From assembly GCA_965219995.1 (NCBI GenBank), contig CBDCOX010000002.1, positions 2,592,001 to 2,656,000 of the forward strand: DNA of 64,000 nucleotides, read 5' to 3'. The position numbers and the translations under genes were made by a program. Every line of letters starts with the position of its first letter. Position 1 is the stretch's first letter. Positions 18,515 through 29,253 of the stretch are shown here, piece after piece. Source of the stretch: Candidatus Latescibacterota bacterium. GTDB lineage: Bacteria; Latescibacterota; UBA2968; GCA-2709665. Under the pieces are notes generated by a model that worked only from the letters and a program-made list of their open reading frames with translations, was not told where the DNA came from and did not search any database.

Positions 18515-20887
18515 TCACAGCCCGAAGCCGCCCCGCCGATGTTCCAGTTTGATCTGGGGGAAATCCTTTATATTGACCTTGAAATGGAATCCCTTGTTGA
18601 AGCCCGTGGGATACCAGCTGAACGTGGCCTGCCAGCAGTGAAGGTCTCTGTAGACATAGATGGACTGAGAGATGAGCCGGGTGTTTATCGGATCGAAGTT
18701 GACGGAGTAGTTGACGCGCCAGGCGCGCGTGGGATTCAGGGCCAGATCTGCCTTTACCCATGAGCGCTTCGTGGATCCGAAGCCCGCCACAAGAGACTCC
18801 CGATGGCTGAAATAGTGTCCCAGGTTGAAATGCCACGGTTGTGTGACGTCGCCGAAGTCTCTGTAGATGTCGTCTTCAAAGTTGAAGCCCGTACCGGCAG
18901 AGGGCAGCATGGTTCTGTGGGTTCGGAGCGGATCGGATCCGCGATCGGTCCTGCCGCTGAAGCGAAGGCTGGTGTTGACGGTGAGGCTGCGCAGTCGCGG
19001 GCGATGCAGGTTCAGACGGTCGGCCGCGTCGTAGAACGTGTGGGACATATTGAGCCGAACGTCGATCCGGCGGGCGGGCTTTATCGAAGCTGACGTGCGC
19101 AGATCGCGCCATCGACGCATCGGGTTGGTGTCGAAGTCGTATCCTGTAGAGAAGCTGGCAGTGGCGAATGTGGACCTCCGCACTTTGTCGTCCACCTCGG
19201 TCTTGATTTCGATTGTGTTGTTGAGCCGCATATTGAGGGTTCGCCTGGGGTCGTTCCAGTCGCGGCGGCCGTGAAAGCCCAGAGTAGCGCCCTCGACCCT
19301 CGCGCTTTGGGAATACCTGAAGTCGACCTGGGGCTGAAACCGGTGCCGGATACCCCTGAGCCGCCCAACGTGCGGTTTGAAGATGCCATACAGTGCGGTA
19401 CCGGCGGCGAGACTGGCGTTGTAGGATTCCCGGCGCGTGCGCGCATCCCGGTTCAGACGCGAGGAGGACTGACTGACGTTGACTCGATGAGCGAGATCCA
19501 GCCATCCGAATGGGCGGTGCTGGCTGCTGAGCCCGAAGCGGGAGTTGAGCGCCAGATTGTGCGTGTTGTCCGACTCGTCCTCGTTTCGTGTGAAGGCGTT
19601 CGTGAGGCCGCCGGAAAGGTCGTAGTAAAACGCGTGGTACCATTGGGCTTCGTTCGTTTTTTCAGGCTGGCCGAAAACACGCCGCCTTCCCTGGCGGAAC
19701 GACAGGCGGGGAAATCCCTGATACCGGTTCTGGTTCTGGTCGAGGTCCCGGTAGTAGTTGAGATTGAAATCCATGCTTCTCCGGGCTTCCGTCCAGCGCT
19801 TGTCCATGGAAAAAGACGACCTGAGTTGTCGATTCAGATATCGATAGAGGTTGTTGGAATTGTGACGGTCGAAACTGGAGCTGTTCGTAAAGTCCCCCCT
19901 GGCCCTCATGTTGAGCGTGGGGTTCAGGCGGTGTTGATGGTGGAAGTTCAATCGCCAGGCCCGGTGCGAATCACCCGACGGCCGACGGCCCCTCTCAAGG
20001 GAAAAATTCATATATCCGCTGAGTCGTCGACGCACGGCGTAGTCGATGCCCGTGTCAAAGAGGAACCCGTTGTGCTCGCGCAGGGCCGTCTTCAATGTAG
20101 CGTCCCAATAGTCGCTGGGCGCCCAATAGTAGCCGACATTGCTTACGGTGATTCCGTCGCGGCTGTTGCTGCCGATACGTGGGGTCAGAATTCCGGAACG
20201 CCTGCCCTGCGTGAGCGGAAAGACGTAGAACGGAAGCCACATTATCGGGACCGGACCGACGCGAAAGGTAACCGAGCGTGCAATGGCCTTGTCGTTCTCA
20301 ACCACCTTCAGCGCCTGGCACAGAAAGTCGTAGTGGGTGTGGTCCTTGTCGCAGGAGGACATGGAAATTGTACGGGCGTGAAGTTCACGCTGGCGATCGA
20401 GGAGGATCTGCTCGCCCCGATAATATCGACGCCGGTGACGCGCCCGGCCCCCCTGCACCCGGCCGCGGCCGGTCTCCAGGTTGTAGACCATCGACGAACC
20501 GGTGAACCGTTCTCTGCCGCGGACGAACTCGGGCATTCCAATGGTTTTCGCCCCGGAAGAATCCGGCAGAGCCTCGGCCTCCAGGCGCTTCGCTTCCCGG
20601 TACAGGACGATACGACCGGCCCGCAGTTCCACGTCTCTATATTTGAGGACGACGTTCCCCGTGAAGACGACGCGACCCGCCGCAACGTCGTCCTCAATCC
20701 GGTCCGCCGAATACTCGTAGAGCATCGAGTCCATCGCGGTTGCCGCCGGACGGAAGAGAAAGGGCCCGGGCGCCGTCCGCGCAATCGTCGTACTGACCAG
20801 AAACGGCGCCAGGAAGAGAAGCGCGCCGGAAGCGCGGCGGATCGCCTTCCAGCGAGCGGTTGCAGGATGTAGCTGATGCGAGTTCAT
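18515..20887 (-). CDS. lptD: Putative LPS-assembly protein LptD (outer-membrane beta-barrel, FCB-type)
   Basis: Signal peptide, OstA-like N-domain (YSADRI...GNVVLKY), SSCD...HYDF, RRSGILTP, GYYWAPSDYWD, C-terminal YRDLHCW. Confidence 0.85.
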   Translation of the reverse strand: MNSHQLHPATARWKAIRRASGALLFLAPFLVSTTIARTAPGPFLFRPAATAMDSMLYEYSADRIEDDVAAGRVVFTGNVVLKYRDVELRAGRIVLYREAKRLEAEALPDSSGAKTIGMPEFVRGRERFTGSSMVYNLETGRGRVQGGRARHRRRYYRGEQILLDRQRELHARTISMSSCDKDHTHYDFLCQALKVVENDKAIARSVTFRVGPVPIMWLPFYVFPLTQGRRSGILTPRIGSNSRDGITVSNVGYYWAPSDYWDATLKTALREHNGFLFDTGIDYAVRRRLSGYMNFSLERGRRPSGDSHRAWRLNFHHQHRLNPTLNMRARGDFTNSSSFDRHNSNNLYRYLNRQLRSSFSMDKRWTEARRSMDFNLNYYRDLDQNQNRYQGFPRLSFRQGRRRVFGQPEKTNEAQWYHAFYYDLSGGLTNAFTRNEDESDNTHNLALNSRFGLSSQHRPFGWLDLAHRVNVSQSSSRLNRDARTRRESYNASLAAGTALYGIFKPHVGRLRGIRHRFQPQVDFRYSQSARVEGATLGFHGRRDWNDPRRTLNMRLNNTIEIKTEVDDKVRRSTFATASFSTGYDFDTNPMRRWRDLRTSASIKPARRIDVRLNMSHTFYDAADRLNLHRPRLRSLTVNTSLRFSGRTDRGSDPLRTHRTMLPSAGTGFNFEDDIYRDFGDVTQPWHFNLGHYFSHRESLVAGFGSTKRSWVKADLALNPTRAWRVNYSVNFDPINTRLISQSIYVYRDLHCWQATFSWYPTGFNKGFHFKVNIKDFPQIKLEHRRGGFGL

Positions 20888-20941
20888 ATTCTCAAGGCGC
20901 CGGACGGGAACGACACCGCGTTCAGGAGAAGACGATAGCGG

Positions 20942-20971
20942 TTGACTTTTTTGTGGTTTTCACGTTATTAT
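20942..20971 (+). promoter_or_regulatory. Probable sigma-70 promoter of tRNA-Leu
   Basis: TTGACT-N18-TATTAT about 80 nt upstream of the tRNA. Confidence 0.5.
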
Positions 20972-21053
20972 AGTCGGTTGCTCTATAGTACGACATCTTT
21001 TCGAGATGATTGGCAGTGCGGATGATTTCGAGGGGTAACGCACTGTAATTCAT

Positions 21054-21139
21054 GCGGAAGTGGTGGAATTGGCAGACACGTCAGATTTAGGATCTGGTGG
21101 GCATTGCCCGTGGGGGTTCGAATCCCCCCTTCCGCACCA
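21054..21139 (+). tRNA. tRNA-Leu (anticodon TAG)
   Basis: GCGGAAG/CTTCCGC acceptor stem, D-arm TGGTGGAATTGGCAGACAC, anticodon arm TCAGA-TTTAGGA-TCTGG, long variable arm, GGTTCGAATCC T-loop, encoded CCA. Confidence 0.97.
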
Positions 21140-21325
21140 TTGTTAAAGCCGGTCGCCGGGCTCCGAAGCCTCGGGCCGTGCGCTGCTGCACTTCTGGCGC
21201 ACGGCTTTTCCATTTTACAGACGGGAGGCGGACCTGCCCGCAGCACCGGATGATTTTATCAATATTCCGTTTTTCGGAAAGTGAGTCAAGCCGAATTCCG
21301 GAAATTCGAATCCCGGGGAGCGACG

Positions 21326-22612
21326 ATGGATCAGCTTGCATTCTTGACCGAGGAAAAAATCCGTGAGATCGGGCGCCGGTTCGACACGCCTGTCTTCGTC
21401 TACGACCAGGCGACTTTGGAGGCCCGGGCGAGGGACGTGCTGGATTTTCCGCATGCCTTTGGATTGACCGCCAGGTACGCAATGAAGGCGTTACCGACAG
21501 CGGCCGTTGTGCGGATTCTCAACCGGGCGGGGTTGCACATCGATGCCAGCAGCGGGTTCGAAGTGGAGCGGGCCATGCGGGCCGGCGTACCTCCCGAGCA
21601 GATCCAGCTTACCGCTCAGCGGACGCCCGGAAATCTGGAGAGCCTGGTGAGACAGGGCGTCAGATTCAATGCCTGTTCTCTGCAGCAGCTAAGGGATTAC
21701 GGGGAACTGTTTCCTGGATGTTCCCTGACCGTACGAATGAACCCCGGTCTTGGATCGGGCCATAGCAAGAAAACCAATGTGGGCGGTCCGTCCGCCAGTT
21801 TCGGAATCTGGCACGAGCATCTGGATGATCTGCTGGCAATCGCCCGGGCGTGCAACTTGAGGATTTCGAGTATGCATACCCACATCGGTTCGGGCAACGA
21901 TCCCGAGGTCTGGGAACACTGCGCGATGATTTCTCTGCGCATCGCTGCCAGGCTGCCGGAGGTGGAAGTGCTCAGCCTGGGAGGCGGATTCAAGGTGGGA
22001 CGTATGCCAGGGGAGGCGTCTACCGACCTGAAGCGGATCGGGACGCATGTTATGGAGGCGTTTCGGGCCTTTCGAGGCGAGCATGGGCGCAGGCTTCGGC
22101 TGGAGGTCGAACCCGGCACCTTCCTGGTAGCCAATGCGGGAGTGCTGATCTGTTCGGTGATCGATTGTGTCGATACGGGCAGGGACGGGTACGAGTTCCT
22201 GAAGGTCGATGCCGGTATGACCGAGCTATTGCGAATCAGCCTCTACGGTGCGCAGCACCCGATCATGACCGTTCCCGCGCGGCCGGGGTCGCGGCGCCAG
22301 AGAGAATACCTGGTTGCGGGACATTGCTGCGAGAGCGGGGATGTGCTGACGCCGGCCCCTGGAGATCCCGAGGGATTGCGGCCCCGGCTGCTCGCCGAAG
22401 CCGGCATTGGCGATTTGCTGGCGGTGGGCGGGTCCGGCGCGTACTGTTCCGGCATGGCGTCGAAGAATTACAATTCGTTTCCCGAGGCCGCAGAGGTTCT
22501 GCAGGCTTCCGACGGCACGCTGCACCTGATTCGGAAACGACAAACGCTTGAGCAGATCACGGCGAACGAGGTGATGCCGGACCTGCCGGATACCGGGCCC
22601 GGCCGTTTCTGA
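21326..22612 (+). CDS. lysA: Diaminopimelate decarboxylase
   Basis: TPVFVYD, YAMKA (PLP lysine), DASS, HTHIGS, LGGGF, EPG, GHCCESGD, GAYC...NYNS; start at MDQLAFL. Confidence 0.92.
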   Translation: MDQLAFLTEEKIREIGRRFDTPVFVYDQATLEARARDVLDFPHAFGLTARYAMKALPTAAVVRILNRAGLHIDASSGFEVERAMRAGVPPEQIQLTAQRTPGNLESLVRQGVRFNACSLQQLRDYGELFPGCSLTVRMNPGLGSGHSKKTNVGGPSASFGIWHEHLDDLLAIARACNLRISSMHTHIGSGNDPEVWEHCAMISLRIAARLPEVEVLSLGGGFKVGRMPGEASTDLKRIGTHVMEAFRAFRGEHGRRLRLEVEPGTFLVANAGVLICSVIDCVDTGRDGYEFLKVDAGMTELLRISLYGAQHPIMTVPARPGSRRQREYLVAGHCCESGDVLTPAPGDPEGLRPRLLAEAGIGDLLAVGGSGAYCSGMASKNYNSFPEAAEVLQASDGTLHLIRKRQTLEQITANEVMPDLPDTGPGRF

Positions 22613-22750
22613 ACGCGTCACGTTTCTCAACCCAGGCGCGTTCCCCAGAGAAGACTGCCTGCCGAATTTCCTCCGACCCGCGTGCGGACAATCCACTCCC
22701 ATCGTCGGCGGCTACTGCCCTTCAGGGAACGAAAGTGCATCCGTGATTTC

Positions 22751-24613
22751 CTACGCTTCCGGGACCCTGTAGCTGTAAACGTGGGACCCGCTGCCGAAAT
22801 AGATGCGGCCGTTGAGGATGTCTCCTCCCGGACCGATGGGCACGGGCGATTCCGCCAGCATCCGGATGGCGTATGTATCGGTTTCCACGACGGCGACACC
22901 CTTCGTGAAGAGGATGTAAACGGCGCCGTCCGGCGCGGTGACGAACACCCTCGGACCCTGCTGGGACGTTGTGGGTCCGAACTCGGATTCGAGCTCCTCC
23001 TGGTGGACCACCCTCCTGTCTCCGGGATCGAAGACGAAAAAGCGCCTGCGATTGACGATGCCGTAGACGACGCCATGCGGCCCCGAACACAGGTCGGTAT
23101 ACCCCTGCACGCCGGGGAACACCGCGGCGTGCCAGTCGAGCCGCTTCGTTTCCATGTCCATGATGTAGAGTTCCGCTTCGCGGGCTTTCTGTTCGCCGCC
23201 CGTACCGGCGCTGGTCGTGGTGCCCCCGAGTAGTTTGCCGCCGGGCAGAGGCACCAGGCTCATTGTGGATTGGTCGGGCAGGACGTCGGTATGCTCGAGC
23301 AGGGTGTGCTTGCGGGTCTGCCTGTCCCAGAACAGCATCCCGCCGCCTGTCAGCCCGTAACCGGGGGTACCGGCAAGCACGACGGTTCTGCCGTTCGGAT
23401 GAGCAAGCAGCATGTGAGGCCGGTTGATCACCTCATGGCATTCGAATAGCAGATCCGGGTTGCAGCCGGTTTTGCCACGCTCGGTGTGTACCCACGGTCT
23501 GGCCGGGTCCCACTCTTCAAGCAGTCCGTGGGTGTATGCGCCAATGAAGAACATGCCACCTTCTCTGGCGACGGTATTCCACTGCCCCAGTGCCGGTCGA
23601 TTCGTCCAGGTATCGTCTTCCGGATTGAAGCTGAAGAAGTGCATGGGAAAGGCGGTGCCCCCGCAGACGGTATTGTCGGGAGCCGTTGCCACGCCCATAA
23701 TGTGGGCGCCTTCGCTCGAATAGTCGAATGAAACCCGGCGGGTTTCCCCGGAACGGGGATCCTCCACGTCCAGAGTACGGTCGACCAGGCTGCATGCGAC
23801 CATACGCCTGCCGTCGGGGAAATCGGTGTGGAAGAGGCCCTGGCTGCCGGCGATGATGGGTTTCTCACGTCTGTTCTCGATCTTGCCGACGTCCGTTCTC
23901 ACACCTCGATACAGCTCCATCCACCCATCTTCCGATCCGCCGCTTGTGTGCCCGTAGACCTTACCGTTCAGGTCACGATACACCGGCGCGTGGGCCTGGC
24001 TTCGCTCGCTTTCTACAAGGAGGGGTTCCGCCTTTCCGGTATCCGGATCCAGGGAAATGATCTGACTGGCGGTGCTGCCAATTCCGAAATAGACCCAACC
24101 GGTATCGTCGGCTGCGATGGCCCGGGGATACTGACGCCAGTTCTGGTCGTAGAGGTTGCCGTAGTCGCGAAACTCGCCGGTCCGCGGGTTGTAGGATGCC
24201 ACCGCGCTGTTCGGATACGTTCCGGACCAGATGCGGCCGTCGTCGTCCTCGGTCATGCTCATGGCCATCTGCGGCACGGTCTTGTGATGGAAGGTGAATG
24301 TGCGCTTTTCGGGGTCGAATTCCACAAAGTGGCTGTTGAAGTGGGTGTAGTACCTGTTGCGGTTGGACAGGATGGCCGCAAAGGGACCGTCGCCGCCCGG
24401 CGGATACGGCATGGGGAATTCTTCGCTCTTGCCGGTTTCCGCATCGATCATGAGGAGTGCGTATCCGCCGCGGTGGTCGTAGAGCCAGATCAGAACGACA
24501 TTACGCCCCTCGCCGTCCACCGTTACGGCCGTGCCGCGATGGTTGCTGATCGGTGTGGCCACGCCGTGATGAAAAAAGCCGTTTCCCATCGCTTCGGTAA
24601 TGGGACCAGACAT
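22751..24613 (-). CDS. Beta-propeller repeat protein, function unknown
   Basis: Repeated blade-like motifs (D.DGRIWSGT...YNP.TG; DDTGWVYFG; PDGAVY); no signal peptide; start at MSGPITE after a GGAGG RBS. Confidence 0.7.
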   Translation of the reverse strand: MSGPITEAMGNGFFHHGVATPISNHRGTAVTVDGEGRNVVLIWLYDHRGGYALLMIDAETGKSEEFPMPYPPGGDGPFAAILSNRNRYYTHFNSHFVEFDPEKRTFTFHHKTVPQMAMSMTEDDDGRIWSGTYPNSAVASYNPRTGEFRDYGNLYDQNWRQYPRAIAADDTGWVYFGIGSTASQIISLDPDTGKAEPLLVESERSQAHAPVYRDLNGKVYGHTSGGSEDGWMELYRGVRTDVGKIENRREKPIIAGSQGLFHTDFPDGRRMVACSLVDRTLDVEDPRSGETRRVSFDYSSEGAHIMGVATAPDNTVCGGTAFPMHFFSFNPEDDTWTNRPALGQWNTVAREGGMFFIGAYTHGLLEEWDPARPWVHTERGKTGCNPDLLFECHEVINRPHMLLAHPNGRTVVLAGTPGYGLTGGGMLFWDRQTRKHTLLEHTDVLPDQSTMSLVPLPGGKLLGGTTTSAGTGGEQKAREAELYIMDMETKRLDWHAAVFPGVQGYTDLCSGPHGVVYGIVNRRRFFVFDPGDRRVVHQEELESEFGPTTSQQGPRVFVTAPDGAVYILFTKGVAVVETDTYAIRMLAESPVPIGPGGDILNGRIYFGSGSHVYSYRVPEA

Positions 24614-24862
24614 GGGATTGCCTCCGTTGGGTTTCCGCGCGGGATCGGGGAGCGGATGTTTCAGATGGAAGGATTGATCGATCGGGTCAAATATAACAAC
24701 GGGACACCCGGAGAAAAACCAAAATTGGCGCACGGTTTCTGATGATACCGCGTACGTTTTCGGATTCAGTTTCGGGGTATCCCGGGTTGGTTTCGCAGGG
24801 AGAACGGCGTGCAGATCCCGCAGACGCGGTGGGCCGGCCGGCCCTGGCAGGGAGAGATTACG

Positions 24863-26374
24863 CTATTTGGGATGGGCGGGCGCCGTCATAGGGCAATGCC
24901 AATATGAATGCGCTTCGCAATCGGCAACAGGCCGGGTGGCGCGAGGGCTCTGAGCCGCTGGAATTCCGTGCTCTTGTTCCGGTGCGATCGGCCGGATGTG
25001 CGCAAGGGCGAGCGTCAGCGCGGCTTCAGGATCAGCCGCCGCGAGGAGCCCGCAGGCGAACAAAACGTGATTCCGGTCCAGCAGCAGCCGCGGCTTCCCG
25101 GGTTTCAGCGAGAATGGATCCCCGGAATCCGCGACGGCCGTTTCAAGGATTTCTTCAGGCTTTTCAGATGCGGCCAGAGCGCCGCCCGTACCCACAACGA
25201 CGCCGACGTCGGAAAGGTCTTTGCCCCGCTGGACGACGACCGACCCGTTTGCCGTTGGGACGGCTTCGACCGTTCCTGTATGCCGGCCCACGGCAATGCG
25301 AACCGCCGCGCGGGCGAGGGCGCGGTCGACCTTCCGTTCGTCGCTGTCGCCCGGCAACCGCGCTGCGCAACCGTGAACGGCGCGGACGATTGACTTCACC
25401 CGGCTGGCCGGAAGTCCGGCTGCGGAGGCCAGTGCGTCCAGACCCTCCGCCTCCACGATCGATAACGCGTTTCTTCGCATCCCCAGGTCGCCCTCCACCG
25501 TTCGCTTCGCACGGGGTTCGGGCAACGGGTCGGCCGACACGCTGCCCAGCGTGGACGTACCCGAGCAGATGGAGTGGACGTCGGTCGTCGTTCCGCCCAC
25601 GTCGATCGCCAACAAGGTTCCAACCCCCGGGCGCCGACCGTCGCCGTCCGCCAGCAGTCGCGCACCTTCCAGGACGGCAGCCGGGGTGGGCATCAGCACC
25701 AGATCGAACATTCCCGCCGCGCGATCGATTCCTTTGGTGTGTCCGATGCGATTGATGAAGATTCGACGGATTTCGTCGCGTGCAGGCTCGATATTCAACA
25801 TGCCGTACGACGGCATTACGTTTTCCGCGATGGCAACCGGCTTGCCGGCGGCTGTGAACACGTCGTGAATCGCGGCGGCGGCGGTCCGGTTTCCCGCGAC
25901 CACCACCGGGCAGCAAATCGGAAGGCTCGCCAGCATCCGCGCATTGGCGACGATGATCTCGCTGTTTCCCCCGTCCGTGCCGCCAGCCAGCAGAATGATG
26001 TCCGGCCCGAGGCGGTCGATCCTGTCGACGTCCGCCGCGGTCAGTTCATACGCGAATGTGTCGATCAGCCTGGCGCCGGCCCCCAGGGCCGCCCTGCGCG
26101 CCGCTTCCGCGGTCAATTCCCGAACCAGGCCCACAGCAACAAGACGGAGGCCCCCGGCCGCGCTGCTGCAGGCCAACCGGTAGCGGATGCGCGGCGATTC
26201 CCGAAGACGCCGGCGGAGGTCCATAAACGCCTCGGCATACCCCCGTGTGACGTCGGTGTCTACCGTGGAAGGCGCCTGGCTGGCCGCCAGAAGTCGTCCG
26301 TTGGCCAGATCGACGGCTCTCAGCTTGGTATAGGCATTTCCGAAATCGATGAGCAGTGCGACCGCAGCGCTCAT
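24863..26374 (-). CDS. glmL: Glutamate mutase accessory ATPase GlmL/MutL
   Basis: LIDFG.AYTK, ACSSAAGGL, AALGAGA, LLAGGTDGGN, MPTPAAV, DVGGTTTDVHS, KRTVEGDLGMR, GTGG. Confidence 0.9.
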   Translation of the reverse strand: MSAAVALLIDFGNAYTKLRAVDLANGRLLAASQAPSTVDTDVTRGYAEAFMDLRRRLRESPRIRYRLACSSAAGGLRLVAVGLVRELTAEAARRAALGAGARLIDTFAYELTAADVDRIDRLGPDIILLAGGTDGGNSEIIVANARMLASLPICCPVVVAGNRTAAAAIHDVFTAAGKPVAIAENVMPSYGMLNIEPARDEIRRIFINRIGHTKGIDRAAGMFDLVLMPTPAAVLEGARLLADGDGRRPGVGTLLAIDVGGTTTDVHSICSGTSTLGSVSADPLPEPRAKRTVEGDLGMRRNALSIVEAEGLDALASAAGLPASRVKSIVRAVHGCAARLPGDSDERKVDRALARAAVRIAVGRHTGTVEAVPTANGSVVVQRGKDLSDVGVVVGTGGALAASEKPEEILETAVADSGDPFSLKPGKPRLLLDRNHVLFACGLLAAADPEAALTLALAHIRPIAPEQEHGIPAAQSPRATRPVADCEAHSYWHCPMTAPAHPK

Positions 26375-26811
26375 GGATGGCCCCTGCGAATTCCGCCGGC
26401 GCGTCCCCGGACGTCGCAATCCAGCGCGGAATTGATGACGTATGCAGGCGTTTCCGGTGGAAACGCACGGTCGAATCCCATGTTCAGGAGACGTACTTCC
26501 ACGTCGCGCCAGTCTTCGTTGCCTTCAAGCAGGTTGCCGCCGACATAGACCAGAATCTCTCCGATGCCCGCTTCGATGCAACGTTCGCGGAAGCCGCGGC
26601 AGTCGAGTCGGCCCTGTGCGTACAGAGAGAAAATAAGGATCGCGTCCGCATTCGTTTCCACAGCCGCGCTGACGAAATCAACCGGCGGAGCGAGGGACGC
26701 CATCGACACGACACGGTATCCCGCCCTTTCCAGAGCGCTGCCGAAACTCCGCGTGTCCGCGGTATGTCGGTCCGATCCGATTGCTGCGATGATCAGTGTT
26801 TTTCGATTCAA
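26371..26811 (-). CDS. glmS: Methylaspartate (glutamate) mutase S subunit, B12-binding, with a degenerate motif
   Basis: KTLI..IGSD.H, AAVETNADAIL.SLY.QG..DC.GFRERCIEAG, YVGGNL, MGFDRAFPP; ATGA overlap with glmL. Confidence 0.85.
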   Translation of the reverse strand: MNRKTLIIAAIGSDRHTADTRSFGSALERAGYRVVSMASLAPPVDFVSAAVETNADAILIFSLYAQGRLDCRGFRERCIEAGIGEILVYVGGNLLEGNEDWRDVEVRLLNMGFDRAFPPETPAYVINSALDCDVRGRAGGIRRGHP

Positions 26812-26875
26812 TGGACTGCACCGAACACAACCGGTCGTCTCTTCGTGAAATCAGATTGGTCCGGAGGCGGACGTT

Positions 26876-28072
26876 TCAAACGTACCGCCACGCCCATCGG
26901 CGCACAGCGCGGCTCAATCTGGCGAGGCGGACCCGCCCCACGAGGGGGTAAACAGGAAGGAACAGGAGTTGGGGCCACAGCGCCAATACGCTGGTTGGCG
27001 CCTGGTCCGGCAGATTCCGGTATGGCGGAACTACGCAAAGAGACGGTGGCCACAGATGTGCGTCAAAGCCGGCGTCCCAGAGTCGCCGGCACAGGTCCGC
27101 GGCATTACCGACGCGGACGACGAAGAGCCAGTAGGAGTGGTCCGCGCGACGACCCGGATAACAGAGCTCCGGAACGCTTCGGTGAAACGCCATGGCCTCC
27201 GTACGGCAGCCTGTGCGCTCCGGTGCATTGGAGCGCAGTCGCCTCGACAATAAATACAAATGGGCGCCGCATGGTTGACGGCGGATTTTCTTGAGCAGTT
27301 CCAACCCCCGGAAACCGCGGGTTGCGCGGTAACTCACGGCATCGTGCGACCTTCCCAACAGACGGCACGCGGCGCATAGAAGCGTATATGGACCGGGCAT
27401 GTTGAGCAGGAGAACGACGCCGTATTTCGCGAGGCGCAAGAAGAACCGCGCCTTGCCCTGGACCGGATAGCTGTAATGCAGCCGTCTGACCTCGTCCCTA
27501 AGGTCGGGATCGCGCACAAAGAGCAGGCCGCCGCCCAACGCGGTATTGTATTTGATCGGGCCGAAGCTGAACATACGCACGTGGCTCTCAGGATGTCCTG
27601 TAAAGTCGTCACCCCGATAGGCCTGGGCGCAGTCCTCGAACAGCACAAGGCCATGCTTCCTGGCGAAGCGTACCACAGGATCCATGGGGATCCGGGCGCC
27701 GAACAAATGGGTGGCCAGCAGCGCAACGGCTTTCGGCGTAAGCCCGTCGTTCAGGCTGTCCGGGTCGGGTTCGAGCGTTTGGGGATCCAGATCGACCGGA
27801 ACGGGTACGAGACCGTGGCTCCGGATGATTTCGAGTATGTCGGGGATGGTGATGGCGGACACCAGGATGTGCGAACCACGCGGAAATCGGGCAGCCTGGA
27901 GAACGGCATCGAAGCCGCTGCGAAGCGAAAGGAAGAAAAGGGCCTCGTCCGGATTGCCGGTGCTTTCGCGGCAGGCATCGTGCCCTTTCGCGCGACGGTC
28001 GCCCGAGAGGCATTGGCCCATGCCGAAAAGGAGATCGCGCCAGCCGATATCCAATCTCTTACGGGGAATCAT
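26876..28072 (-). CDS. DegT/DnrJ/EryC1/StrS family PLP-dependent aminotransferase
   Basis: SLRSGFD, THLFG, FEDCAQA, FSFGPIK (PLP lysine), GGG; start at MIPRKRLDIG. Confidence 0.85.
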   Translation of the reverse strand: MIPRKRLDIGWRDLLFGMGQCLSGDRRAKGHDACRESTGNPDEALFFLSLRSGFDAVLQAARFPRGSHILVSAITIPDILEIIRSHGLVPVPVDLDPQTLEPDPDSLNDGLTPKAVALLATHLFGARIPMDPVVRFARKHGLVLFEDCAQAYRGDDFTGHPESHVRMFSFGPIKYNTALGGGLLFVRDPDLRDEVRRLHYSYPVQGKARFFLRLAKYGVVLLLNMPGPYTLLCAACRLLGRSHDAVSYRATRGFRGLELLKKIRRQPCGAHLYLLSRRLRSNAPERTGCRTEAMAFHRSVPELCYPGRRADHSYWLFVVRVGNAADLCRRLWDAGFDAHLWPPSLCVVPPYRNLPDQAPTSVLALWPQLLFLPVYPLVGRVRLARLSRAVRRWAWRYV

Positions 28073-28425
28073 GGACGATTCACTCGTTCGCGGGCGCGGT
28101 CGGACACGATGATGCGGTATGGGAGGACTGATGCAGCATGGGGTGAACGCTTTGTCGGGTTGTGCAAGTTCTTCCGGCCCCGTAGAATCATACATCCTCA
28201 ATATTTGCGCATGAACATCCCGATTCCCTCCAAAATACCGACATCCTGTCGCAATCTGCAACACATTAATTGACTTCGAAATCGCAATGCAGGGACGCCG
28301 ACGTGCGCTATCCATGTTTCGCATGCGTGGATCGTAGACGCGCGTTTCTTCCCCTGCTTCGTCCTTTTCCCGGGAGAGCGTCGTAGACGATTGCCCGGGC
28401 GAGGGCATCTGTGCGGGACGTGCCA

Positions 28426-29253
28426 TCAGGCGGGCTCCTGTTCATCGGGCGTTTCGACCGGCTTCGCTTCGCGCTGCGCCATTTGATTGAACCACCACAG
28501 ACCGGCCACGGCCAGGACGATGCCACTCACAAACAACCACCAGGGAAGAAACTCTACAACCTGCCAATCCTCGATAGGTCGGAATAATTCCATACGCACC
28601 GTAATCAACGACAGAAAATTGTTCAGCGCGTGACCGAACAACGCGGGCAGCAAGGAACCTGTATGTACGACCCACCACGCAAATGCGAGACCCAGTGTCA
28701 GAGATCCCGGAAATTGCCAGGGATTCATATGGAGCGCGGCAAACAGAAACGCGGACCACAGAATGGCACGCCGCCGGGTACCGTGGGCTAACAGCCCGCC
28801 CAGAATAACACCTCTGCAGAGGACCTCCTCGGTAAGAGGCGCTTGAATCGCCAGAACATAAAACGCAAGACCAAATGGTGTTTTGCTGCCCATTATATCA
28901 AGGAACATGTCGAGAAATTCTTTGGGGACTGGAATCAGATACTGCACGAAGCTTGCAAGGTTGGACAAGAAAATGCCCAATCCCACGATCGAGACGGAAA
29001 CGGGTAAGTACAACTTCCACGGAACTGGCTTGAAAAGCAGGACGTCGGACCACGGCCGACCGGACCGACGTTGCGCATATAGCACGATCAGACCAATAGC
29101 GGGCAGATTTACAATCAATACCAGGTAATCGAAGATCCGTGTCGCATTGCCCGACGCGACGCCGAGGAAATGAAGCGCCAACCCCAATGCGTTCATTGCT
29201 ACCAAAAGCAGGACCATCAACCAGACGGATTGCTTCAGATTCGGATAAGCCAT
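28426..29253 (-). CDS. CPBP/Abi (CAAX-type) intramembrane glutamic protease, paralogue 1
   Basis: EEVLCRG, FAALH, HALNN motifs; multiple TM helices; GAGG RBS before MAYPNLKQSVW. Confidence 0.92.
   Translation of the reverse strand: MAYPNLKQSVWLMVLLLVAMNALGLALHFLGVASGNATRIFDYLVLIVNLPAIGLIVLYAQRRSGRPWSDVLLFKPVPWKLYLPVSVSIVGLGIFLSNLASFVQYLIPVPKEFLDMFLDIMGSKTPFGLAFYVLAIQAPLTEEVLCRGVILGGLLAHGTRRRAILWSAFLFAALHMNPWQFPGSLTLGLAFAWWVVHTGSLLPALFGHALNNFLSLITVRMELFRPIEDWQVVEFLPWWLFVSGIVLAVAGLWWFNQMAQREAKPVETPDEQEPA

Noticed and set aside
21054-21139. tRNA-Leu as an island integration site
   Set aside because: No integrase and no duplicated tRNA 3' end seen; it is followed directly by lysA.
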